Source of the DNA: Amphiscolops sp. MND2022
Taxonomy: Eukaryota
Direction: 5' to 3'
Length of the DNA stretch: 64,000 nt
Assembly (NCBI GenBank): GCA_964187785.1
Contig: OZ076409.1
Span: 3,288,001-3,352,000 of the forward strand
Under the pieces are notes generated by a model, which was given only the letters and a program-made list of their open reading frames with translations, ran no database searches and was not told where the DNA came from. Made by a program: the position numbers and the translations under genes. Shown piece after piece: positions 51,926 to 63,462 of this stretch (position 1 is its first letter; every line of letters starts with the position of its first letter).

Positions 51926-53282
51926 TTCATTTCGAAAAACCTCGCAATGTCGAAAATTGTATAAAAGAGACCTTTTGGGCTTTTTGAAAATCCAATTTAG
52001 TGCAAAATATCAAAAAATTGAAGAGGACCCTTTCGTCTCGCCCGGTTTTGCAAATGTACAAAAACTTATTGGCTGAAGCAGGGAGTCGAACCTGCGACCG
52101 CTAAATTCCCACTAAAACGATTAACCTCTGTACCAAAAAGCGATACAAACAGGGTGAGCTTTGTGGTCTGACGAAAAAAACTAGCCACTCTAAGTGTCGG
52201 GCACTACAGTTGAATCCGCCTAATTCGTATCGGTGGGACCGAAAAAATAGTACGAATAATGAGAAATACGAATTAACCGGATGATATTCCTTTGGTTTTA
52301 GCAAAATGGGGGTCTCCGATAGATACGAATTAAACGAAGATCCGAATTATCCGGATACGAATTAACCGGAGTTGACTGTATTTGTCAAAATAGCGCCGAC
52401 CTAAAAATCAATGATCCCAAAACGTCGTTGGTTGCAGCAAATCCTCAGCAAACAAACATCGTACATCTACATGTATTGCTAGCTGATCATTTTCTAGTTT
52501 CTAATCAAAGGGTAGTTTCTAATCAAAGGGTAGTTTCACCAAAATGACAGTTTTTTTCTTCTCTTTCTTCTTGATCAGATTGCTCAACAAAATTGGACGC
52601 ATCCATATTCATACATCATTTGCATCAAAAACTGTCACTCACGGTGCAAAACAGCCAGTGTTGCATGATGAGACCAAAAGCATGCATGCGAACAACAATT
52701 ACACATGGTTTTGTATGGACCTGTCTGCAATAGAAGCAGTAGTAGTACCGGTGCCGGCCCAGCTGTAGTGTGTTGCTTGGGTCTTTAACTATTAATCATG
52801 TACCTGATTTGACCAATATGCCCATCAATTATTCACAGGCCGTCGTTCAAACGCATCCATCGACTGAGTTTGTGTGTGTGTGTGTATTCTATATATTCTA
52901 GTATTCTACTCCACACTACAACAGTACCAACCAACCGCCAATCGGGCAGTGATAGTGCAAAAACGGCGCTATAGTTTTGGCCGAACGAGGGGGGAGGGGA
53001 AGCTTGCAGTGAATTGTCGTGTATTTGTAAAAACCGTTACGTGTAATTTAAAAAATCGTGTATTTTCTGCTATATCATGTATATTGGTGTATCTTTTCTG
53101 AAAAATAAAAAGAATACCTTTGAAGCAACGCATTATCATCAATTACCTTTGTTTGAAGCGAAAAATCTTCAAACCTAAGATTCCATTTTTTATCCATTTC
53201 AATTTCAAGTCAAGCTTTTTGCGTTTTGTTTTTTTCAGCACTCAGTCCATTCATTTTTGCCATTTCCTTTTCATGCTTTATA

Positions 53283-54898
53283 TTTTTAGTCGGCGCTTTT
53301 ATTAATAAAAGAGCCCGACTATTACAGACATTCGTTTTTAGTCGGCGCTTTTCTTAAGAAAAGAGCCCGACTATTACAGTCACTCGTTTTTTTTTCTTTT
53401 TTTTTATTTAAGACAGACTCGAAGCGACGAACGTTAAAATTAACGTTCAACTACTAAATACAGTACTACTAAAATACTGGCAGCGCATTTGAGATAGTGC
53501 AAAGGGTCCCCCCTTTCAGTAAGTCCATTTTTATCGTAAGATACAAAACAGGACGAGACTATAGGGTCCCCCCTTTGAGTTTTTTCGGCACTGTGCGACT
53601 TTTTTTTCGAAAATTTTTTTTTTGTCCCCAAAGGGTCCCCCCTTCGAGTTTTTTGATATTTTGCAACGGAATGTATGTTAATAAATCCAGAAGAATCCCC
53701 CTTTTACATTTTTCGGCACTATGCGACATTTTTTGAAAGAAAAAAATTTTTCAAAAATTTCAATTTTTTTCCAAATTTTTTTTTGCGCTTTTTGAGCCTC
53801 AGATATGGCGCCGACTTTAGACGTTCCCGTCTTGTTTTTAGTCGGCGCTTTTCTTAAGAAAAGAGCCCGACTATTACAGTCACTCGTTTTTTTTCTTTTT
53901 TTTATTTAAGACAGACTCGAAGCGACGAAGGTTAAAATTAACGTTCAACTACTAAATACAGTACTACTAAAATACTGGCAGCGCATTTGAGATAGTGCAA
54001 AGGGTCCCCCCTTTCAGTAAGTCCATTTTTATCGTAAGATACAAAACAGGACGAGACTATAGGGTCCCCCCTTTGAGTTTTTTCGGCACTGTGCGACTTT
54101 TTTTTCGAAAATTTTTTTTTTGTCCCCAAAGGGTCCCCCCTTCGAGTTTTTTGATATTTTGCAACGGAATGTATGTTAATAAATCCAGAAGAATCCCCCT
54201 TTTACATTTTTCGGCACTATGCGACATTTTTTGAAAGAAAAAAATTTTTCAAAAATTTCAATTTTTTTCCAAATTTTTTTTTTGCGCTTTTTGAGCCTCA
54301 GATATGGCGCCGACTTTAGACGTTCCCGTCTTGTTTTCTCTTTTTTCAACTCTTAAGTTAAGACAGACTCGAAGCGACGAACGTTAACGTTCTATATGTT
54401 CAACTAAAATATCTTCCTTTCTCTTTTTTTTCACAAAATGGGGACCGTGCGAAGCGAAACTATGTTGGTCTGCAACAGGAATGATGGCCCAGAGTTCAAA
54501 GGGGCAATTTTTAAACTGAGGAATGAGATAGTGCCGAATCGCTGCAAGCTGCAGAGCCTCCTTGCAGTGTCAGTAACGGTCCCCGCATACACAAATATTG
54601 AAAACCTCATCAAGTGGAGGACAGATTTACAAAACACCAAAATTTTCAAAATCTATATGTTCAACTAAAGGAAACTAAACGAATACCCGGGAAACGCATC
54701 TAAGTTATTCCAGAGGGTCCCCCTTTGGTTTTTTACATTTTAGACGTAACCTACAAAACCGGACGGGACTAAAGGGTTCTTTCGATTTTTTTTGGCACTG
54801 TGCGACTTTTCGAAATTTTTTTTGTCTCCGAAAGGTCCCCCCTTCGATTTTATTTGAGCCTTAGATATAGCGCCGACTTGGGCCGTTCCCGGCTTGTT
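53283..54898 (+). mobile_element. HINE-A interrupted by a near-identical tandem pair of HINE-A (53335-54335, period ~498 bp) and by a fragment at 54409-54651
   Basis: Identical ORFs at 53440 and 53938; junction cgtcttgttttt|agtcggcgc at ~53836; the outer element resumes after 54335. Confidence 0.85.
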
Positions 54899-57898
54899 CA
54901 CATCATTGTCGCTTCACGAAGAAGTTCAACTTAACTCGTGCTAAGCATTCATCGTGGAATTTTCTGAAAAAACGGAAAATAGCACAATGTTGCCAAAACC
55001 GGAAGTAGCTGGGATGAATACAATAGTGTGGCAAAATTGACTGCCAGTGAATTGACGTCGGTACGTGTATTGTACCGGAATATACGAATTTCTTGGTATC
55101 GCTACACGAACTATCGGTTAACACGATTTACTCAAATTTACACGAGAAATTGAAGCAATTTTATTGGCTTCCGAAATGAGTATAAAAGTGTGAAAGGAAT
55201 GAATTGATTCTGACTTTTGGCGAGAAAAAACTGGAACAATTGCTTCAAAGGTATAGTTCTGGAGATCTTGTCATATCTGGAGCCAGTTCTGGAGCCGTGG
55301 AAAGGAAATTCTGAGATGCGCTGATGAACGGAACAGACTTCTAGCAGTGAATTTGGAAAATATTGTTAAATTGCGTTTTCTGAGCGGACTCATTTATTTT
55401 CGAAAAACTTTTTTCACAGTCGATACACGATAATTTTTTATACACGATACCGATACACTAAAGGATTATACACGAAAAACACGATACACGATTTTCAGTA
55501 CACGAGTCAATTCATTTTTCTCGAGACTGCAATGTTAGGTTATGAAAGGAGCCACAAACTTCAATTAAAACTGTTATATTCAACTGGATGGATTGAGTTT
55601 CGGACTAAAGACTTCATCAAAACCAGTTGAAACGTTAACAATATTAATATGCAAACCTCATTGCATGTTGATTAGCTACGACACAGTTTTCCTCTCTCGA
55701 CCAGAATCGGCCAAAAGAGTGACATCAGTTTTTAATTGAACCGTCCTTTTCATAATGAATGCGAAAAAGTCCTAGAAGTGTTTCAAAAAGTTTCCCCTCA
55801 AAAGCCTGTGCTTATGAGAAGCCTTTTCAGGGGCTATATTAATTTTACGTTTGTACTTATATGTTGATATTTCCATACGATTATATATAACATATATTGA
55901 ACGCATATTATGAATTATTATATATAGTGCACCCTGATAAATTCAATTATAATTATTATTATAAATCGAACTGGCCTCAGTAGCAAAATATTATAAAAAG
56001 TAAACGGGGACCATTTGGTGAATCTCAAACTATTCTTGGAAATGTCACACAGCGCAGAAAGCCAAACAAGTTTGAAGAAAAGCAAAATGCATGGAATAGC
56101 TAGTTCAATCCAGTATGGCGGGTGGTTTAGCTCATCAAAGCTGCTATGGGCGGGGGACTTTTGTAGTTTCCTATTCTTTCGCAAAAACACTGGTTTCTCG
56201 CAAAAACACTGGTATCATCTACATCTTCTGATACAAAGAATCGAACTCCTCAGAAGTGCGAAGCTAACTAACCTTAGTCCGCATGTTCCTACAACTTAGG
56301 CGTATGGCTCTGAGGCAGGGAATTGAAGTCGGTCGAATTTTCTCGTATCGTTACACGAACTACCGATTTACACGATTGGTTTCAGAAACGAGTATAAAGT
56401 TATTTGGCGTTCGCTCGGACACGTAAAAAACTCGCTAAGAATGAAATGGTCCGGATATTTTGGCGAGAAAAGGAACTAGAAGGGATTAAAAAACTAGTTC
56501 TGGAGATGTTGTCAATCCCGGCAAGTTCTGGTTCAATGGAAAGGATGCTCGTTTTTTTCGTGATTTAAGATAAGCTGACAGACTTTCACCAATGATTTTT
56601 GGTGTAGCGTTTTTTTCCAAATTCTGCCAAAAGTCCACTTCATCTCCACTCCACTCCATTTAGTAAATTCTAGTCACCATGGCGCAGTTGGTAGTGCGTC
56701 TGCCTGGCACACAAGAGGTCGTGGGTTCGAACCCCTTACTTATGCCTTACATTTTTAGCGGAAAATATCACGGTGCTTAGCGGGCGTCTCGTTAGAATTG
56801 TTTTCTGAACGAATTTATTTTATTTTCAAGTTTGTTTTTACAGCCGATACACAGTACCGTACACGATAATTTTTTTGTACAAGATACCGATGCACTAAAG
56901 GAAAATACAAGAAAAATACGATACACAATTTTCAGAACAGTAGCCAATTCACTGCTCTGTGGTTTTTGAGCACAAATCTTGTGGCAATTTTTCAACGCGA
57001 AAGGTCCGGCTCAACCTGTGGTAGCATTGTCACTTCAACGTGAAATTTTCGAAAAATCGTTAGATCACTTTTCGGACGTACCAGTCCCCCCAACTTTTCA
57101 AACTTTGCAAAAGAAGTGAGAAGAATGATTCACTTAGAACCAATCTTGAATTACAACCCTTGTCACTTGAATAGAAATGCAAACATTCGCACTCGAATGA
57201 AAGATATTGATAGTAGTGATATTGACGCTTTTCACTCACTCCTTTGAATGTAGTCAAAGCTATCAGCGAATGATTGAGCGAAGTCAGTCAGTCATTCAGT
57301 ATACTAGAACCAACACTCGTTCCGTTCACACTGTCAAAAGTATCCACAATAGTGTAAGAAATAAACTGAACCTTTATTTGTAAAAAAGAATTGGACCAAA
57401 ACAAAACTAGCTCTGATTTCTGCTATTATTCAAGTTATTTGAAAATAAATTAAACAAACATTCTCGAGTTTTGTTGGGCACTTGAAATGTAGGTTTGCAA
57501 ATAATGATAAAACTTCCTAACTTAATTTTTCATTGATTGTATTTTCTACTGAATTGGCATATGGGACATCATTTTGGACAATTTTGTAACATTTGGGACT
57601 TAATTTCGAACTCTTGTTTATTAGGCAGGTACTTCATTTACTGAAGACATTCAACTATTTTATATCAAGATAATTGGTAGTATAAAGTTTTGGAAAGGGG
57701 TTTTCTATTATTTAATTTCATTAACTATCTTAATACGTGGGACATTATCCATTAATACCCATTATCTCAGACATTCAATTTGTCTTTCCAGTCCCTTAAT
57801 ATCATGTGTAAAATAGAGAATGAACGAAATCTCCATGTAAAATGCTAGGTCCGTTTACATGCAGTCCAAATCATTTCCTACAAATAAGGGTTCAGTTC

Positions 57899-58278
57899 GG
57901 GGACTGTTCAATTCGTCGAACATTCAATTCGTCGAACACGTATTACTTTAGCGAGCAATATATGACGTAATGGAATGAATTGATTTCGGCCAATCAAATT
58001 CGAGCATTCAAAATTACGATAACGTAGTCAGATATGTTCACATACTCCTAGTGCCCTAAATGCAGGAGCGAAGCGAAGCGGAGCGACGTGCCATATGGCC
58101 ATGCCTCAATATTGCTACTTGGCGAAGGGAGCGAAGCGACCGAGCCATACAACAAATATGCTAATCGCTACAAAAAAATAACCAAATGAAATTAATCGCT
58201 GATATGGAATTCTTTCGACGCATTGAATAGCTTTTCATCTTTCGACGATTTGAATGTTCGACGAATTGAATAGGCACC
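57899..58278. mobile_element. Mutator-like MITE with TTCAATTCGTCGAA arms
   Basis: Perfect 9-bp TSD gttcagttc (57890-57898, 58279-58287); GG...CC termini. Confidence 0.85.
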
Positions 58279-58867
58279 GTTCAGTTCTTTCCTTACACTA
58301 TTGTACATCAATAGCTGCATATAGCATAACTCGCGTAAGTATCTGATAAATAGTCAGCCCGTTTGCCACTGAAAACAAGACTTTTGCGCCTTTAAATAAT
58401 GTGCAATAATTACAGAAGTATTGGAAAGGGAAGTTCTTGGGAATTTGAAAGGTCAAAACAAAATGAACGACGGTTAATCACATGACGAACATGGCTGAAG
58501 TCAAACCGGCAAATGATGACCTTTTCCAGTGGCCGGGAAAATGGCTGTAAACCATGGGGCGGCTAATCGAGATTTTAATATGTTTAATTACCAAAATATT
58601 TCATATACTTCAGATGATGACTCTACCGTTGAGCTTACACAACCCACAAAAAAATTCCTTGCTGTGGCCTGAAGCAGAACAGGGAAATATTAACGCATTA
58701 TAGTTTCCGTAAGCGTTTTAGAAAATCACTATAAAAGTTGCTGCCAATATTTTAATTTTTTTTGTACACTGCCATCTTTCATGATAATTTTTATCATAAA
58801 ATTATGGAATTCAGTGTTCTTTTACTTACTTACATGCAAAACGTTAAAGCATGTTCAACAAAGGGAA

Positions 58868-59356
58868 CAGCCACGCATGGCAGCTAATCACGCAAATTTT
58901 TCGCATAATTCACGCTGAAAATGTCACGCTAAGAAGACGAAAATCACGCCAAATTCACGATTCTTTCCACTAAAACACGAAAAAACACGATTTTTCAAGT
59001 GTTTCAATTCAACTTGGATGAAGTAACATACAGAAATAAAAGATGTTTCAATGTTTCTACATCAAGTCTTTGACGGTTTTCCGTGAGAATTTTCTTGAAA
59101 TTTGAGAATGTGCGTTCCACTGGGCAAGAAAATGAAGGCAGAAAGCAATATTTCATTGCAGTTTTTGATAACGTTGAAATTGTTTCGATATTTGCGTTCC
59201 AAAAATCCATTATGAGAGGAGTTTCATATTTTTCATTTCAAACAAGGTTGAATTTCATGTCACAAGTTGGCAAAATCAATCAATTACATGATATTTGACG
59301 GGGCAATTTGATTGAATAGAATTCACGTGATTACACGGATTCACACGCCATGGCTG
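58868..59356 (-). mobile_element. Internally deleted hAT element with dimerisation-domain fragment
   Basis: ORF 59004-59210 FW...LSKTAMKYCFLPSFSCPVERTFS..KKILTENRQRL; CACG subterminal repeats; flanking direct repeat gggaacag. Confidence 0.8.
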
Positions 59357-59950
59357 GGGAACAGCTAATGAATGATTTGTACTGAACTTCAGATACAAGA
59401 CTGGCCAAGGTTCGCTATCTTTACTCACTTTCGCGGCAACACTCAGCTAATAAGGGTAACAAGTGAGCGTTAAGTAGCCCAACGCTTAAAGCAATGACCA
59501 ATGATCCTGCTAAAATTAACAACAATCTAGATAAGATTAGATGGTACAGTCACAGAATGAGGACTACAGGGAATAATAGCAACAGAATTAACAAACGAAG
59601 GAAGCGGGGAAACAGGAAAATAAGCAGGATACGTGGACAGGGACACATAATACAGTCTAATGCGTGGGCCAAAGACGGCGGCTCTTCTTGCCGTTTCCTT
59701 ACCAAGTGAGAAAGAACAAAAAAGAGCAAAGCCAAGGATAGGAATTTCCGTGCTCAGAGATTCAAACTAGGACAAGCAACAAATAGGAAGGAAGTTTGTG
59801 GCCACAATGGATGCTGTCAGTGTAGAACGCTAATTAAATAGCAACACTCGTATCAGCGTGAAAGTAGGTAATTAGTTCGATGTAGTATATAGCCGAACGA
59901 TTGTAAAACAAAAACCGTAGTGAATACTATGATAGGAGCTTATAATTGAG

Positions 59951-60170
59951 AGGAGCATGGAGTAAAGGTTAGAGCATTCGGCCTGTACTGGGGCGGTATC
60001 AGGTTCGAATCTCTCTCAACTCACCATTGTTGGGCCTTGAGCAAGTCCTTCATCCCTAGCTTAGTGGTATGGTCAGTGACAAAAAATAACGCATTTGACG
60101 GAGAAAAGCAGAAACAAGAAGAGCAACGGTGTGCAGTCAGACCTTTGTGACCTTGAGCAAGCCACTCTGA
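59951..60170 (+). mobile_element. tRNA-derived SINE with CORE-like segment
   Basis: A-box-like TGGAGTAAAGG (59958), B box GGTTCGAATC (60002), then gggccttgagcaagtcctt and tgtgaccttgagcaagccact. Confidence 0.6.
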
Positions 60171-60543
60171 AACCACAGCTTCAAGTTCACCATTGCTTGA
60201 CCATTTGGCTGCAAATATGGAACCATAGCTTATTCGGCGTCCACTCCGCGGAATTGGGAAAATAACTTTCCTCTTTGTTTGTTTCTCTAATTGGCTGCTG
60301 GACTTTGATTTGATTCCGGAGAAAAAAGGAGTTTTACCTAAAAATCTAGTTTTAATATGTAGATCAAGGACATTGTCAGTTTATAACATGAACAACAGAT
60401 TTGATGGCGATCTTTCTTAGAAATACTTGAATAATTGACCGTGTTCTGATTGATCAAATGGGCGCAAACTTGAAAACCACTGGTGCTCATTTTGCGTCGA
60501 CATTGGATATTTATATAATAAAAAAAGACTCAATGTAATATAC

Positions 60544-60979
60544 AGCAAGACGAGAACGTCTAAAGTCGGCGCTATATCTAAGGCTCAAAAATAGCAAGAC
60601 TTTTTTTGAAAAAAACTTCGAAAATGTCGCAAAGTGCCGAAAAATGTAAAAGGGGGACCCTTTTTGATTTAAACATACATTCTGTTGCAAAATAACAAAA
60701 ACCGGACATTGAAAAATTTTCAAAAAAAATCGCACAGTGCCGAAAAAATCGAAAGGGGGGGACTCTTTAGTCCCGTCCGGTTTCCTAGGTTACCTTGAAA
60801 AAGTAAAAAATGAAAGGGTAGACCGTTTGCACTAAGTTTGTCTTGGCCGGACTTGGCCTGAGGTGGTTTCAGCGATGTTCCTGAAAAGTGAATCGATCAG
60901 TGTGAGTGATGTCTGAAGAAAAAAGGTCACTGCTATAGTCGGGCATTTTTCCTTGAAAGGAAAACGCGCTGACTAAAAA
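60544..60979 (-). mobile_element. HINE-A full copy
   Basis: caagacgagaacgtctaaagtcggcgct ... agtcgggc..cgcgctgactaaaaa. Confidence 0.8.
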
Positions 60980-62986
60980 TAGGCCCCTCCGGTGCACACT
61001 ATTATTTCTGCTTTAATCCTTCATTAATAATAGAATCATATCTGGAATACCAATACACTACTGTTTTATCATTATTTAGCGCACAATTAATCACTGTACA
61101 AGTTTATACCGCCTTCACTAAAGCAAAAATAATATAAATTATCTCGGACTGAAGCAAATATAACTACTAAGCGTAGACGAAGTTTCGCATTCGCACTTGA
61201 ATGCATGCGAAGCTCTCGGCGAACGAATAATTAACACTCATTCGCTTCATCTCAATAACTCGGCGCACGAAAGCATAATTACCACTCGCTCGTTCCATCG
61301 CACGAGAATTGAAATGTCGTCGACAGCTTGAGAAATTTAATTCTCACGCTTATAGTCACTGCCGAACAAAATATCTGAATTATTCAGTATCATGCAAAGA
61401 ATTTTATTGACAAAAAAGTAGACATCTTGAGGTTCCAATAATACTCAGGCTATCGCAGAAATAATAATCCAATGAAAATCAATAGTCTATGTTCTATTAT
61501 GTTCATATTAGCAAGGACATAAGACTCCTGAAAACTCTGGCACGGGAGTTTTGCATCAGAGAGTAGAAGCAATGGGAGTACCATAGGGATTCATACCCCA
61601 TGGTTTGACAGATTGAAGTGTAATCCGCTGAAAAGTTTTTAAAAGTCACAACATATTACCAGCTTCAAATGTGCTTGGTTTGAAAGAAACTGAATTGAAA
61701 ATTTCGGAGAAAAAGATTCGACTTCCAAAAAAACTGAAATTCTTAGTTATTTTCGACGTAGTTTTCGCGGAAATGACATATGTCGAATCACGAATCTACT
61801 AGAATCAATTGAGTGGTGGTTCGATTTCAAACCAACACCGAAGAAATCAATGAAAATTACGAGAAAAACGCTTTTGCTAAACAAATGCTAAACCTTGAGT
61901 AGGTTACAAGGTAGTTCCGCAGTTTTCCTAGAAGATAACTTTGAAAAGCAAAAAAAATACGTTTGAATGGTCCACTTGAAGAAACCTACGAATCAAAAAC
62001 TTGCGATCACGCTTCATTTGGAAAAATAACTGAATGGGAGACTTTCGAGAAAAACTTTTCGGCTCGTCGAAAAATGACATTCTATACTACTTTCGATGAA
62101 GTATTAAAAATAATCAAAATCAACTTGAAACTTGTCTTATAATTGGGATCACTAGCAAAGAAGAAAATTGAGGGCTATGTTTTTGGAAAATGTCACTTTT
62201 TGTCATGACAAAGTCATGAATAACTGTATTACAATAACAAAATTTCGTTGAATACCACAGCCAATCAAAAAGTCAGCCAATCACAATTCAACACGTTGGA
62301 CGAGGCCAAGAAGGTGGACGAGCGGGCCAGAAAAAGAATGGACAGAACTTGCTGCACTGATTTCAACTGTACTGAATAATCTCATCTTAATCAAACTTTC
62401 TCACTTATCATAATAAAACTAATCTTTCTATACAATTTGTATTTTCTCTAAGTTAGAAAGCTGAGCAAAGGAGAATTGACCCAACTGAACATTCGAAAAT
62501 AACAAGTTCTATAAAGTTGAATGTCTCTAAAACTAAATCAAAAAGCCGCTCGAAAACGCTCGACTTTTGCACCATCATTTCTCGACAAGAAATAAAAACG
62601 CGAAAATCGGCTCCACTCAAATAATCATCTTTCAGAAAAACGGTTGGAAGCGGGAAATTGAAATGAGAAAAACCAATTTCTAACAGAATGAAATGATCCG
62701 CGGCATTTTCATGTTGAAGAAAGAAATGACAAAAAACAGGGCGAAACCTAATTCGGGAATTTTTTACATGGTCGTCATAATTCGAAAATTGAATCGGTAT
62801 GTATCCATGTACACAGTCAATTTTTAAAGTTACCACGAAACTTCCCCAATTGCTTGGTGCGAAATTCACCGGAATTGTTGATTTTTTCTCTAAACGCAAC
62901 CCCGACGGATTCAAGAAGATGAAAGCTATAAAACTATGGCGGGGACACTTACCCAAAGACAGTACAAATCTGAGATGGCTAATAAT

Positions 62987-63462
62987 CAGGGATTGGAGAA
63001 TATCAAATAAAATTCAATTGATATTCGAAAATGGCACAATAAATTAATTGCAATTTTCGAAATTCTCCAATTTAATTGGCCAGAAAACACTTTTTGAAAC
63101 TTTATTCATAACATATCACAATCAGAAATAATATTCTGAACAAGTTTTTTTTATATCCCAAAATCGCTTACTTATTTTCAAAAACAATTGGGCTTCATAG
63201 TTTTCGGGCGACATTCGTGAGAAATTAGCAGCCGGAATTACGTTGATATTTGCCAAGTATGCATTCAATTCATTTAGCTATTCTAGCTATGCATGCTTGG
63301 CTATACAAATATGTCCGAGAAATAGGCTTAGATATTGCAATTGATTGGTTTCCATTGCCTATTTTCCAATAAATTAATTGATCGTCTTAAAATTACCCAA
63401 TAAATTTTCATTGAAAAATTGCAATTTATTGTTAATCAATCCCATCAATTTTCCAATCCCTG
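62987..63462. mobile_element. hAT-like MITE
   Basis: TIR cagggattgga / tccaatccctg; perfect 8-bp TSD ctaataat. Confidence 0.88.

Noticed and set aside
56673..56750. tRNA gene
   Set aside because: A and B boxes are present but the acceptor stem does not pair and it is embedded in a repeat. The same applies to the modules at 28781, 36070 and 42192.
9570..60735. Many short ORFs sharing LSLRYSADFRRSRL or QRVPPF motifs
   Set aside because: They are translations of the non-coding HINE-A termini and core; the frames are inconsistent among copies.
62453..62956. 167-aa ORF, and an LNVSKTK RT-like word on the opposite strand
   Set aside because: No recognisable domain and no supporting RT motifs nearby.
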